DNA of 64,000 nucleotides from an uncultured bacterium (GTDB lineage Bacteria > Patescibacteriota > Microgenomatia > Levybacterales > UBA12049): contig CAWGXL010000011.1 of assembly GCA_963826535.1 (NCBI GenBank), positions 512,809 through 576,808 of the forward strand. The letters are read 5' to 3'. Of the stretch, positions 47,058-57,693 are shown one piece after another. Positions within the stretch are counted from its first letter, which is position 1; each line of letters starts with the position of its first letter. The notes under the pieces were generated by a model. That model had not been told where the DNA came from and searched no databases. It saw nothing but the letters and a program-made list of their open reading frames with translations. The position numbers and the translations under genes were made by a program.

Positions 47058-48689
47058 TTGTCAAAGGTTAGCGTTGAAAAATTAATCCGAAGTGCTATAA
47101 CTTATAGTAGTTTGAATTTTTATTTAATTTCTGTTATTATTTCACATATGTTGAGGAATGAGGTTTTACGTTACAATGGAGAGCCTGAGGAAAGGCAAAG
47201 TCTTAAAGGGTCAGACAATATACGGCGGCGGGCTTTTCACATAAAGGTTACTCCGGAGAATGATTTGATTCTTATACAAAACAGGGATAAACATCCTCAA
47301 GAGGTCATGGTTGATCCTCACTTTAGGCGATCTATATCTCCAGAAGACCATGAGAAGTGGGATTATATTCTTTCACATGAGTCAAGTGTTGAGAATGTAA
47401 TTGTTGCTCTTCATCAGGGATATGTAACTCAGATAGCATTGAAAATAAACGGGGAAGGACTTGAGCTGAGTGATAGAGTCGCGGGAGGAAATGAAGGATT
47501 AATAAAAGCGATACGAAAATTTAATCCCAAGAGGGGTAATAAATTACGTAATATAGCCGGCTGGGAGGTAAGACGCGGAGTTACTAAAGCTGTAAGAGAA
47601 AAACTTGGAATGAGCGAGAATGAATACAAGGGCTTGAGTAAAGCTCGTTATGTAAGGGCAATTTTTATAAAAGTTTTTCAGAGGGAGCCCTCAATAGAAG
47701 AGTTGAGGCAGCAGCTACTTGCAAACACAAAAATATCTATGAAAAACATAGATACCGCCCTCTCGATTATGTATTCAAGAGCAAAGGAGCCCAAGTCTTC
47801 CGCAAATAAATTTAACTCTGAAGGGATAATTTTCAATGGCCAAGTCGATTCAGATAATGACTATAGCGTTGAGGAAGATATTTATCAGGGACAATTAAAA
47901 CAAACTTTAGCTGACGCGTTAAGACTACTATCAGATGAGGAGCAGAAAGCAGTTAGTGAATTTTGTGGTTTAGGAATAGGTGATGATTCGAGTGAAGAGA
48001 ATATTGATAAGACGAAGCGGTTATCTCCAGCAGATCAGGCTATTTTAGAGGGTGTGCTTAAAAAGTTAAAAGGGATTGAGGCTATAAAGAAACTGCATGA
48101 AGATCAAAGAAGCCCAGGTGGCACTATCTTAGAAGCCACGTCTATAAAGCAAGAGAGTGTGAAAGTTCCAGTGAACGGCGATGCTCAAATAGATGCTTAT
48201 TTGGCCGGGAAAAGAATTTCCAGATTTACAATGTATGGAATAGCTCGAATGGTAAATGCTGGAAAAAGCAATATGGAAATCGCAACTGAGCTTAATCTAA
48301 CAGTGAATTCAGTGTGGAGTTATAAAACTTATGCCGGAAGATTAGGATTAATACCCCAGCGAAAGCATACTGAATCTGATTTAGAGAAAATAAAAAAGTT
48401 ATCAGAAGAAGGCAATAGGGCAAAGGAAATAGCAGAAATATTAGAATTGAGTCCAGGTTATATAACGCAAATTTTAGCTAAATATAGGAGGGCCGGCAAG
48501 CTAGCGCACGTTTATAGAACACAACCCGCATTAGCAGCTAAAAGTACAGAGACGGAGCTAGTTAGGAAAGAGATGATAAGAGATCCTCAAATGGCGCAGA
48601 TTTTCCCCAGAAGGCGTAAGGTGTTAGATAGATCTTTGTTAGAGGATGGATCAGGAAGTACCGCCGTACAGATTGTTGTGTTTGTTTGA
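47058..48689 (+). CDS. sigma-70 family factor (regions 2-4) with ~190 aa C-terminal extension carrying two extra HTH-like modules
   Basis: Region 2: GLIKAIRKFNPKRGNKLRNIAGWEVRRGV. Region 4: LSDEEQKAVSEFCGLGIGDD...LSPADQAILEGVLKKLKG. Extension: MEIATELNLTVNSVWSY and EIAEILELSPGYITQILAKY. Confidence 0.6.
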   Translation: MSKVSVEKLIRSAITYSSLNFYLISVIISHMLRNEVLRYNGEPEERQSLKGSDNIRRRAFHIKVTPENDLILIQNRDKHPQEVMVDPHFRRSISPEDHEKWDYILSHESSVENVIVALHQGYVTQIALKINGEGLELSDRVAGGNEGLIKAIRKFNPKRGNKLRNIAGWEVRRGVTKAVREKLGMSENEYKGLSKARYVRAIFIKVFQREPSIEELRQQLLANTKISMKNIDTALSIMYSRAKEPKSSANKFNSEGIIFNGQVDSDNDYSVEEDIYQGQLKQTLADALRLLSDEEQKAVSEFCGLGIGDDSSEENIDKTKRLSPADQAILEGVLKKLKGIEAIKKLHEDQRSPGGTILEATSIKQESVKVPVNGDAQIDAYLAGKRISRFTMYGIARMVNAGKSNMEIATELNLTVNSVWSYKTYAGRLGLIPQRKHTESDLEKIKKLSEEGNRAKEIAEILELSPGYITQILAKYRRAGKLAHVYRTQPALAAKSTETELVRKEMIRDPQMAQIFPRRRKVLDRSLLEDGSGSTAVQIVVFV

Positions 48690-48701
48690 TATGGACATTA
48701 G

Positions 48702-50036
48702 TTATTTTAATCCAATAGTATAAAGGGTGGGGGAGACGTTGGGGTTGCTTAGATTGGTGAGAATAACTAATTTGGATGTATCGGGCCAGGTCACTGCGAA
48801 CGTATCAACAAAAGGACCAGCATAGACGGTGATGTCGTTTGATCCATCTTCATCCATTATGATTAATTTTTTATCATTAATATATAGTAGATGTTTTGAG
48901 TTAGGTAGCCATGATATTGGTAATGCGCAATCAACGAACGCTTCTTGATCTCGATTAGGTAGAGGAAGGTCCTCTAAAGCTAAGGGTTCATCATTTGCGG
49001 AAGCTTCAGTGGGGGACACTCCTTCCTTCGCTATAGTTACGACGGGTAAACATGAAGCGGGAAGTTTAACCGGGATATGCATATTTGTGTCTTCTTTTGT
49101 ATCATATGCATATATATCTCCTTTGGTAAGCTGTCTTTTTTCAACCAGTGTATTAATACCAAGCCGGCGTGGTTTGAGAATAAGGGGCAGCTGAGCTGAT
49201 GTTGATGCAGCGTAGAGAATTTTTGATTTATCAGGGGACCAAGCGATAACGGAGAAATTATCAGAGATCATTTGGCGCATGTTTTTTTTGAGCCCGGAGA
49301 TCAGGTTATTATCTGTTTCCTGTTTTTGTTGATTCCACTCATCTTTTACGCTTTGCAATATCGCAGTTACGTCCTGAGGTGTTTCATTGAAACGGTTAGT
49401 TAAGAGTAGGTAGGTTGTCGGGCTACCCGGTATTTTGTCAATTTGAGCAAGTATTTGTGTTCCATCGGGAGACCATTTTAATTTAGCTTCGGAGAAAAGG
49501 TCGATTGTATTATCAGCTATTTGAGTTGAAGAACTTTGTAAGGTAAGTATGGGAACCGGGATATTGCTAGTCATATTTAAAATGTAAATACCATTCTTAC
49601 GAATTGCCGATTCTGAGGCTATTTGGAAGGCAATTTTTGTTCCAGAGGGGTCAATCATGGGGTTTTGGACTGAAGTGGTGGCAATACTTTCAAGCCTTGG
49701 AGCCACGGGAAAGAGCCTAGCTTCAGCTTTCGTAACGATTTCTTCTTTAATTATTAGTTTTTTTTCCCAGGGAAAGTAACCTTCTTTTTGGATTTTTATA
49801 TTGTATGTGCCGGGTGGTAGAGTTATGGTATTGTCGGTAGCAGTTGTTAGGTGATTATCTATGAATACCTGGGCACCATTAGGAATGCTGTTGGTTACAA
49901 GAAGTCCGGTTTTGGAGATTTGAGGAAGATCTTTTTTGAAAGCTATTCTATAACCTTTTCCATATAGGATAACGAGTGTGGTGGCAATGATAAGAAACAG
50001 TAAAATTAATGCAGGGACTATGATTTGTTTTTTCAT
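48702..50036 (-). CDS. PEGA-domain / TolB-like beta-propeller envelope protein
   Basis: N-terminal TM. PEGA motif LPPGTYNIKIQKEGYFPWEKKLIIK. WSPDGTQILA / WSPDKSKILY propeller-blade motifs. Confidence 0.55.
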   Translation of the reverse strand: MKKQIIVPALILLFLIIATTLVILYGKGYRIAFKKDLPQISKTGLLVTNSIPNGAQVFIDNHLTTATDNTITLPPGTYNIKIQKEGYFPWEKKLIIKEEIVTKAEARLFPVAPRLESIATTSVQNPMIDPSGTKIAFQIASESAIRKNGIYILNMTSNIPVPILTLQSSSTQIADNTIDLFSEAKLKWSPDGTQILAQIDKIPGSPTTYLLLTNRFNETPQDVTAILQSVKDEWNQQKQETDNNLISGLKKNMRQMISDNFSVIAWSPDKSKILYAASTSAQLPLILKPRRLGINTLVEKRQLTKGDIYAYDTKEDTNMHIPVKLPASCLPVVTIAKEGVSPTEASANDEPLALEDLPLPNRDQEAFVDCALPISWLPNSKHLLYINDKKLIIMDEDGSNDITVYAGPFVDTFAVTWPDTSKLVILTNLSNPNVSPTLYTIGLK

Positions 50037-50319
50037 GCAGCAAGCCTAATTATACTTTAATTAAGCATGCTCTTGCAACTAAGTTCAGGTCTGGTTATAA
50101 TCAATAATAGGTGAAGCTAAAATCGAGATTTTGATGTGGTAAATAAGTATTATGATATATTTATCTTGGGCAAATAATAATGGCAACAAAAGTAAAAATT
50201 ATAAATTCAAAATTCAAAGCACCAAATCCTAAATAATATCAAAATACAAATAACAAAATCCAAAACATGTTTTGATATTTGAAATTAAATATTTGTATTT
50301 ATTTGTAATTTTAAAAGTT

Positions 50320-51354
50320 ATGCTTAATTTTAAACTGCCTACTACGAAGCGAATAGGAATAGATTTAGGAACGGCTAACACTTTGGTTTATGTAGTTGGG
50401 CAGGGGATTGTGCTTAATGAGCCGACGGTAGTTGCGGTTACTGCTGAAGAAAATCGTGTTGTTGCAGTTGGGCGAGATGCCAAAGAAATGCTTGGCAGGA
50501 CTCCCGGCAATGTTACGGCACTCAGGCCACTGCGTAATGGTGTGATCGCTGATTATACTATTACAGAGGCAATGCTTTCATATTTCATTGATAAGGTTTG
50601 CGGGCGGACTCGCTTTTTTAAGCCCGAAGTGATGGTTTGTATTCCTTCCGGTATTACCCAGGTTGAGCGCAGAGCTGTTCTTGATGCGACGATGTCGGCA
50701 GGGGCAAAAATTGCTTATCTTATTGATGAGCCATTGGCTGCGGCGATCGGAGCCAAGATACCAATTGCTCAGGCGGCAGGGCATATGATTGTGAATATAG
50801 GCGGAGGATCAACAGAATCGGCGGTAATTTCACTTGGCGGAGTTGTTGTTCACAGTTCGGTCAGAGTGGCAGGTAATAAGATAGATGAGGCAATTGCTAA
50901 TTTTGTGAAGAGGAAGCATAATTTGCTGATCGGAGAGACCACTTCAGAGACTATAAAGATTGAAATCGGCAATGCGACTACAACAAGCGTGACGGCAGCA
51001 AAATTGCGGACTATGGAGGTGCGTGGACGAGATACTATAAACGGTTTGCCGCGAACTCTTGTTTTGGATGAGACGACAGTGAATGAAGCAATTAAACCTG
51101 TGCTTATGGAAATTGTTAAGGGGGTTAAAGAAGTACTAGAGCAATGTCCGCCAGAGCTCGCAAGCGATATTATCGACAAGGGAATCGTAATGTCCGGAGG
51201 GACGTCACTACTTGTAAATTTTGATAAACTGATGACGGAAATGACAGGTGTGCCGTGTCATGTGGCGGAGGACTCACTTTTATGTGTGGCCCGAGGAACC
51301 GGAGTCGCGATGGAGAATATTGAGCTTTATAAGAGAACTATAAATAGGAAGTAA
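50320..51354 (+). CDS. mreB: rod-shape determining actin homologue MreB
   Basis: KRIGIDLGTANTLVYVVGQGIVLNEPTVVAV and the rest collinear with MreB. The ORF track alternative start 50272 is upstream. Confidence 0.85.
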   Translation: MLNFKLPTTKRIGIDLGTANTLVYVVGQGIVLNEPTVVAVTAEENRVVAVGRDAKEMLGRTPGNVTALRPLRNGVIADYTITEAMLSYFIDKVCGRTRFFKPEVMVCIPSGITQVERRAVLDATMSAGAKIAYLIDEPLAAAIGAKIPIAQAAGHMIVNIGGGSTESAVISLGGVVVHSSVRVAGNKIDEAIANFVKRKHNLLIGETTSETIKIEIGNATTTSVTAAKLRTMEVRGRDTINGLPRTLVLDETTVNEAIKPVLMEIVKGVKEVLEQCPPELASDIIDKGIVMSGGTSLLVNFDKLMTEMTGVPCHVAEDSLLCVARGTGVAMENIELYKRTINRK

Positions 51355-51388
51355 ATTTAGAATTTACAATTTATAATTTAGAATCAAT

Positions 51389-51440
51389 TTTCCCCACAAG
51401 GGGACTAGGTTTTTCCCCACAAGGGGACTGGCGCAAACCG
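51389..51440 (+). terminator. tandem TTCCCCACAAGGGGAC hairpins with T-run, probable mreB terminator derived from the mini-element family
   Basis: TCCCC-ACAA-GGGGA stem-loop followed by CTAGGTTTTT; second copy immediately after. Confidence 0.5.
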
Positions 51441-51701
51441 TCGCAATGAATAAATTTTTATATAGCCCTGTAAGTTGTAAATTTTTGCAATTATTATATG
51501 GTTGGAAATTGTCTGTCATAAATTTTTCATATAATCTCTGTGTCTTATAATATTTTTTTGTACAAATATGATTTTTTTAGTTTTTTTGAAAGCACGAGGC
51601 ATGAGAATTAGGGCTGAGAATTGTTTAAGTTTTATATTCTAAATATGTGGTTTAGAAAATTTTAGTTCTTTTTTAAAAATCTTATAGTACATCTGTGAAA
51701 T

Positions 51702-52493
51702 ATGTTGAGGAAAAGTTACATCCTTGGTGTTGGTATAACTAACGAAATCGAAGATAAAATCTTGGAGTATTTGTTATTGGGCCTAAAAAGTGCAAGGGAA
51801 AAGTATTATATTGTTACTCCTAATCCAGAGATACTGGTTCATTCATTTGGCAATCCGCATTATAAAAAGATTCTAAATGAGGCTAAAATAGCATTACCTG
51901 ATGGAATTGGGGTGTTTTTGGCAAGCGCATTGATGGGGAACATTATGAGAGAGAGGATTGCCGGGGTAGATTTCATGGACGAGATCTGTAAAAGATCAGT
52001 AAAAAGGCCCATAACAGTGGGCTTTTTGGGGGGTAGAGATGGGGTAGCAGAGAGAACAGCCGAGTGCTTAAAGGCGAAATATCCTTGGATAGAAGTGGGG
52101 TTTGTGGGAGAGGAATGGGCAAAAAGTTCAAAGTTCCCCACAAGGGGACTACCTTCTTCGAAGGGTCGCAAAGTTAAAAGTTCAAAGTTAGAGCTTGATA
52201 TTCTCTTTGTGGCGTTTGGGCATCCTAAGCAGGAGGAGTGGATTTATAAAAATCTTGAACGCCTGCCGGTGAGGGTGGCTATGGGAGTGGGAGGGGCATT
52301 TGATTACATTAGCAGCAAAGTAGTCCGGGCACCTTTTATGGTTCGCGCGATGGGGTTTGAGTGGTTGTTTCGGTTGATTGTGGAGCCGTGGCGCTGGCGG
52401 AGACAGTTGGTGTTACCAAAATTTGTGTGGCTGGTTTTGAAAGAAAGATTTGGAAAAAATATAGAACAACGCAAAATTTCATCCCGCCTCTAG
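51702..52493 (+). CDS. WecB/TagA/CpsF-family (GT26) glycosyltransferase with in-frame mini-element insertion
   Basis: YIVTPNPEILV...ALPDGIGVFLASALMG. Insertion at 52122-52190 encodes SSKFPTRGLPSSKGRKVKSSK. Confidence 0.7.
   Translation: MLRKSYILGVGITNEIEDKILEYLLLGLKSAREKYYIVTPNPEILVHSFGNPHYKKILNEAKIALPDGIGVFLASALMGNIMRERIAGVDFMDEICKRSVKRPITVGFLGGRDGVAERTAECLKAKYPWIEVGFVGEEWAKSSKFPTRGLPSSKGRKVKSSKLELDILFVAFGHPKQEEWIYKNLERLPVRVAMGVGGAFDYISSKVVRAPFMVRAMGFEWLFRLIVEPWRWRRQLVLPKFVWLVLKERFGKNIEQRKISSRL
52122..52190. repeat. copy of the (CAAAGTT)n-CCCCACAAGGGG-CCTTCTTCGAAGG mini-element inside the tagA-like gene
   Basis: Nucleotide sequence nearly identical to 22068-22136. Confidence 0.7.
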
Positions 52494-52541
52494 TTGACAA
52501 CTCTTTACTATATCTAATAGGCTAAAGTAGTAGATTATAAA

Positions 52542-54656
52542 ATGCTAAGAAACAAGTTAAAAAGGATAGTAAATATCTTTTCTTCCCGCGGCTCGGTTAT
52601 TGATAAAGGAGCGATTTACGTAGTTGTCATCTTAACAATACTCATTTTCGGAGGTTTTATCTTTGTGGGAGGAACTCTTCCCACCAAACTTCCTAAAGCC
52701 AGCTCGGAACTCGTTCAACTGAATATATCACCTCCGGATCCCACAAAAGCCGGACTGCAGCTCTATACTTTTTACGGAGTGACTAACACTCCCCATCCCA
52801 CACGTCCACCTCTGCCAGCCGAGTTAGACAGCGATCCACAGCTAATTGATTGCCGCCGGGAGATAACGGGAAACGCAGAACCACAGATGATCTGGGGATT
52901 TACCTTTGACCCGGTCACTTCCAGCTTAAGAGTGTTTTATACCAATAAAAATGCTCTTGTACTCGGCGCGGGAGCTGTCTCACAGATGACCACTCACCCT
53001 GCAAGTTCAGTAGTAAATCCTGCCATAGGCAACAGCGCTGCACGCGACAGCGATAATTTCCCTCTTTTTCCTGCAGTATTCATAACAGACATTACCAATC
53101 TTCCCCAGGACGTATCAGGAGACTCACAAGCCGGAGGACAAGCAAAACAACCCAGTGAACTCAAAGGAACATGGAAAGCAACAGGCACAGCTGACCCTGA
53201 AGCAAATGGACAGGAGCGGGGACAAGGCGCCGCTCCCTGGCCGCCTGCCAATGGACCGGCCGGGATCCATGGAGAAGATTTTACAAGCGAAATTGTCTGG
53301 ACAACCGCAAGCCTTACGGCACGTGATCCTACAACAGGCCAGTTTGTGGCACTTCAACAGGCACATAAATACCGAGTGCAGATCGTTCTCCATGACGGAG
53401 GGAATCCATCTGATGTGGGACAGGCTTGTATGACGTTTAAAATGCCGGGAGATGCACAAGCGCCTGCAGTTCCACCTCCTTCTACAGCAAATGTAACCTG
53501 CATGAAGTATGTAGCCCCCAATGGTTCAGACGCGAGTCCCGGCACCCAAGCCGCTCCTTTTGCCACACTTCAGAAAGCCCACGATGGAGCCGTACCAGGC
53601 GATACAATCTGCATGCGTGGCGGCACCTACACGTTTAACGGGCAGACGACAATCACCCGCAATGGAGCAAGCGGTAATCATATCAAAGTCTTCGCGTATC
53701 CGGGGGAAAAGCCGGTGATCGATGCGATCAATCAACCGGGCGGGGGTGTTGTTGCTGTAATCCGCCTGACGAGTGCTTCTTGGTGGCATATCAAGGGGCT
53801 TGAGATAAAGAATGGACCGGTAGAAGGGCTCGAAGTGACAGGGAATTCAGGTAACAATATTTTTGAGCAGCTGAATATTCATCATACGGGCCGTCTTGCA
53901 AGCGCGGGAGGTACGGGTACGGCGTTAAAGATCTATGGTACCGGCAGTAATAATCTCGTTCTCGACAACGATTTACATGATAATGAGGACCAGCTGAGTT
54001 TTGGTGGCGGCGCCAATGGTATCAACTTAGTAACGAGCGGTACCGGAAATATTATCCGCAGCAACCGCCTCTGGTGCAATTCCGATGACGGGATTGATAT
54101 GTGGAATTCAGCGCCTGCTTTGATCGAGAATAACTGGGTCTGGGCTAGCGGGCAAGGCATTAATTGCAGGGCGACAGGTGGCAATGGGATGGGATATAAG
54201 CTTGGAGGAACATATAGCGGAGGTCCAGGTACTGAAAATGACGGCGGTCATACTTTAAATAACAATCTGGCGTGGAAAAATAAAGTAACGGGATTCCATG
54301 AAAATGGCGGGAAACTCCCGATGAAGCTTTACAACAACACTTCATGGAATAATGGCAGCAACAACTTTGCTTTTTGGAATCCGTCCACTATCTATCGTAA
54401 CAACATCAGTGTTGGGAATCTTGGCCGCATAACAGGATCTGCCACATCCAACTCCTGGACTCTCCCGGTCACAGCTAATGACGCTGACTTCCAATCGGTA
54501 GACGACTCATGTGCACGTGGCCCACGCCAGGCAGACGGTTCGTTGCCGAATTGCGGATTCCTGCACCTCGTGGCCGGCAGTGATTTGATAGACAAAGGCA
54601 CGAACGTGGGAATTCCATTCACCGGTTCTGCTCCTGACCTCGGAGCGTTTGAATAA
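52542..54656 (+). CDS. membrane-anchored right-handed beta-helix (pectin-lyase-fold) protein sharing N-terminal domain with 29073..31352
   Basis: N-terminal 310 aa paralogous to 29073 gene. Then VAPNGSDASPGTQAAPFATLQKA...GDTICMRGGTYTF and NNxxxxN-type beta-helix repeats. Confidence 0.6.
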   Translation: MLRNKLKRIVNIFSSRGSVIDKGAIYVVVILTILIFGGFIFVGGTLPTKLPKASSELVQLNISPPDPTKAGLQLYTFYGVTNTPHPTRPPLPAELDSDPQLIDCRREITGNAEPQMIWGFTFDPVTSSLRVFYTNKNALVLGAGAVSQMTTHPASSVVNPAIGNSAARDSDNFPLFPAVFITDITNLPQDVSGDSQAGGQAKQPSELKGTWKATGTADPEANGQERGQGAAPWPPANGPAGIHGEDFTSEIVWTTASLTARDPTTGQFVALQQAHKYRVQIVLHDGGNPSDVGQACMTFKMPGDAQAPAVPPPSTANVTCMKYVAPNGSDASPGTQAAPFATLQKAHDGAVPGDTICMRGGTYTFNGQTTITRNGASGNHIKVFAYPGEKPVIDAINQPGGGVVAVIRLTSASWWHIKGLEIKNGPVEGLEVTGNSGNNIFEQLNIHHTGRLASAGGTGTALKIYGTGSNNLVLDNDLHDNEDQLSFGGGANGINLVTSGTGNIIRSNRLWCNSDDGIDMWNSAPALIENNWVWASGQGINCRATGGNGMGYKLGGTYSGGPGTENDGGHTLNNNLAWKNKVTGFHENGGKLPMKLYNNTSWNNGSNNFAFWNPSTIYRNNISVGNLGRITGSATSNSWTLPVTANDADFQSVDDSCARGPRQADGSLPNCGFLHLVAGSDLIDKGTNVGIPFTGSAPDLGAFE

Positions 54657-54788
54657 GTTTACTTCCATCCCTGACACAGCTAGTTCTGACGGCTTACTTC
54701 ATCCGGCTTTCTTAATGATTCAAAGAGGAGATTTGGATAAGGCGCAAGCGATATTAGATATTATAGGAGTGAGTGGTATACTAATTAT

Positions 54789-55331
54789 ATGAATCATAAT
54801 TTAAAAGTTATTGTGCTGGTAAATACGCTATTTACTTTCGCTGTTGTTTTATTGACTCCTATGTATGCACTATTTATTACCAAGATCGGGGGAGGTGCTG
54901 AAATTGCCGGAATTTTATTTGCTGTTACATTCCTAAGCAGTTTTCTTGCTGATCTATTTATTGTTCGGGTAAAAGATAAGAATTTTTTGGATGCTAAAAT
55001 GCTTAAATACAATTATTTAATCAAAGGCTTCTGCTGGCTATTATTAGTATTTTTTCAAACTATACCTGCATTTTTTTTGGTTCAAGTTATTTTGGGTTAT
55101 AGTGAGGCTTTGGGTACGCCGGCTTTTAATTCACTCTTTGGTGAGAATTTGGACAAAAAAAGTCACATACGAGAATGGGGGGTATGGGAGTTAATTAAAA
55201 ATCCCGCGGTGGCTGTGGCCAGTATATTAAGCGGTTTTATTGTTACTTACCTGGGTTTTACTGCTTTGTTTTTCGTGATGGCAACTTTGGCGTTTGTTTG
55301 CTTGTTTTTGTTTGATAGGTACTACGAATAA
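54789..55331 (+). CDS. six-TM membrane protein, resembles half of an MFS transporter
   Basis: Six hydrophobic helices in 180 aa. Confidence 0.4.
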   Translation: MNHNLKVIVLVNTLFTFAVVLLTPMYALFITKIGGGAEIAGILFAVTFLSSFLADLFIVRVKDKNFLDAKMLKYNYLIKGFCWLLLVFFQTIPAFFLVQVILGYSEALGTPAFNSLFGENLDKKSHIREWGVWELIKNPAVAVASILSGFIVTYLGFTALFFVMATLAFVCLFLFDRYYE

Positions 55332-55399
55332 GAGGCATTATCACTTGTTGATGCATTTTGTTGCCCAATTGGAGCTAGTCAGCTATAATCGCTTCCACT

Positions 55400-56575
55400 A
55401 TGTTAAGAACCGAGCGTGAAGGGCCATTGCGTATAGCGGTTATACCGTCTCCGGTTATTACCACTCCTATAGCTCGAGATAGAGTGCCGCCGGGTTGGTC
55501 GGGGGCGCCTGAGCAAATTACTTTTGAGCTGGCAAATGGTTTGGCAGGAAGAGGGCATGAAGTTACTTTATTTGCAACCGGTGAGACACAACCTGATCCA
55601 AATGTAACACTTAGATTCGTTAGGCAAAAATCAAGCTATGAAGATCCTGAAATCGGTTTGCAGGGAAATAGACAGCATGAACAGGCGCTGATAGTTTCGG
55701 CGTATCACAATCCCAGAGAATACGAAATTTATCAGTCTGCTCTACCACTAGAAACCGCCGGCGCCGCTATGGGTTCTAAGACTCCAACGGTCGCGACAAT
55801 TCATTTTCCTATTACAGATATTAAGCCTGAATTTTTCCCTTTTTATGCTCTGGGTCAAAGCCTTGTTTCAGTTTCTCACGGACAGCGGCAAGATTATCCA
55901 AAAAAGTTATTTACTGAGAATATTTATCATGGTGTGGATACGAAAATATTCAAATTTGATCCTCATGGCGGAGATGGATTGGTGATGGTGGGCCGGATGG
56001 AAAGGGGTAAGGGCCCGGATGTTGCAGTTGCGGCTGCCCAAAGGTTGAATATGGATATAAAGCTTGTGGGTTCAAACTGGGGAGATCCAACTAAAACATG
56101 GGGAAGGGATTCATATTGGGATCTGGTTATGGATGATATTGATAAAGATCCAAGTCATATCCAACTGGTTGGGCATGTTGATCGTGAGAAGACGGTGGGT
56201 TATTATCAAAAGGCAAAGATGACACTTCATCCGGTGCAGGTGCCTGAATCTTTTGGGTTAAGTATTGCCGAGAGTATGGCCTGCGGTACGCCGGTCATTG
56301 CATTTGCCAAAGGGTCTACACCTGAGCTGATTGATGATGGAGTGACAGGATTTCTTGTGGATCCGGAAGATAAGCAAACAGGAAAATGGATAGTAAAACA
56401 AACAGGCCTTGAAGGTTTTATGGAAGCGATAAAACTAATATATACAATGGATCAGCTGGCGTATCTTGAAATGCGGGTTTCAGCACGGAAACGTGTTGAA
56501 GATAGGTTTACACTTGTAAGAATGGTCGAAGACTATGAGAAGCTATATCGGAGAATTCTGCCAAGAAAATTTTAA
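55400..56575 (+). CDS. GT4-family (GT-B) glycosyltransferase
   Basis: ESFGLSIAESMACGTPVIAF...DGVTGFLVDP (E-x7-E motif region). Confidence 0.7.
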   Translation: MLRTEREGPLRIAVIPSPVITTPIARDRVPPGWSGAPEQITFELANGLAGRGHEVTLFATGETQPDPNVTLRFVRQKSSYEDPEIGLQGNRQHEQALIVSAYHNPREYEIYQSALPLETAGAAMGSKTPTVATIHFPITDIKPEFFPFYALGQSLVSVSHGQRQDYPKKLFTENIYHGVDTKIFKFDPHGGDGLVMVGRMERGKGPDVAVAAAQRLNMDIKLVGSNWGDPTKTWGRDSYWDLVMDDIDKDPSHIQLVGHVDREKTVGYYQKAKMTLHPVQVPESFGLSIAESMACGTPVIAFAKGSTPELIDDGVTGFLVDPEDKQTGKWIVKQTGLEGFMEAIKLIYTMDQLAYLEMRVSARKRVEDRFTLVRMVEDYEKLYRRILPRKF

Positions 56576-56586
56576 GTGAATTTATT

Positions 56587-57693
56587 ATGAGTGAACGATT
56601 AAAAACTTACGATCGCAAGCCAATTATTACGCCAGAGCGAGCTTATGATTTGACGCGCGAAATAAGGGGGCGAGGCGAGAATGTACTTATAGTCAATGAC
56701 TTTGATGAGACTATTTCACAAGGTGAACCACCGCAGGATGGATATAATCAGGGTGATGATCCGCGAAGGGTAATTATACATCCTAAAGCAGGTAAGGCAC
56801 TAATAGAAATTGCTAAATCCGGTGGTTACAATGGTATTATTACCAATCGCGGTGGAGCAGATGTGGCCGGAAAACTGGCGGCAATCGGGTTGCACCAGAC
56901 AAAAATCGTTGGCACTTTTGGTTGGGAATTGTATAAGCAAGATGATGCTAATGGCAGGCGTGTAGAAATTGATAAGAAGTTTCTCCCTTACGCAAACGTG
57001 ATCACGCAAACACTTCAAGTAATACGGGAGGGGTTTCTTGAAGAATTAGGAAACCCGAGAGTCGCAGGTGATGAAGCATATATCGTAGTTCCGACTAATC
57101 CGCTTGGTAAAACAACAAAAGAACAAGGACCTATGATCATTCAACAAAAGGGTGTCTCGCATGAATTTCCGTTAGGATTGGCAAATGGTTACAATTTTAA
57201 TCTTATTTCGCGCGATACTGGGATTCGGAAACTTCTAACGAAACGAATAGAGGAGACGTTTCAAAAGGTTTCATTGCCTGATGAGCTATTAAGTATTTGG
57301 GCGATGCGAGGAGATGGAATTCGTAATTCCCGCTCAGCAGATCCTGATGCAGACCTGCGATTTTCCAGGGGTTTTGAACCAATTATTGAACGTGGGAAAG
57401 GAAATGCCATGGTAAAGCTAATTCGTGCTGTTATGAAAGAACAAGAAAAGAAAGGTGAACAGGTAGAGAAGATTGGCCTAATTTATTACGCCGGCGATAG
57501 TGACCCTGATGCTTATGCGATGCGGGCGGCAAGGTTAATCGAAAGCTTAACAAGGGGAGAGGTTAGATCAATTGGAGTTTGGACCAAAGGCGGCAGTAAA
57601 GCCCAGGAAGTAGAAAAAAAGTCAGACTTACAGGTTGTTGATGTTGATGCTCACGCAGAAATTCTTCAAGGAATTGCCGCAGCGTTGGGTTAG
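56587..57693 (+). CDS. HAD-superfamily phosphatase-like protein
   Basis: Motif I LIVNDFDETIS (DxDxT) and motif IV YYAGDSDPD. Confidence 0.5.
   Translation: MSERLKTYDRKPIITPERAYDLTREIRGRGENVLIVNDFDETISQGEPPQDGYNQGDDPRRVIIHPKAGKALIEIAKSGGYNGIITNRGGADVAGKLAAIGLHQTKIVGTFGWELYKQDDANGRRVEIDKKFLPYANVITQTLQVIREGFLEELGNPRVAGDEAYIVVPTNPLGKTTKEQGPMIIQQKGVSHEFPLGLANGYNFNLISRDTGIRKLLTKRIEETFQKVSLPDELLSIWAMRGDGIRNSRSADPDADLRFSRGFEPIIERGKGNAMVKLIRAVMKEQEKKGEQVEKIGLIYYAGDSDPDAYAMRAARLIESLTRGEVRSIGVWTKGGSKAQEVEKKSDLQVVDVDAHAEILQGIAAALG

Noticed and set aside
42866-48689. Prophage
   Set aside because: No capsid, terminase, portal or integrase genes. Only small hypotheticals, tRNAs and a decayed vapBC.
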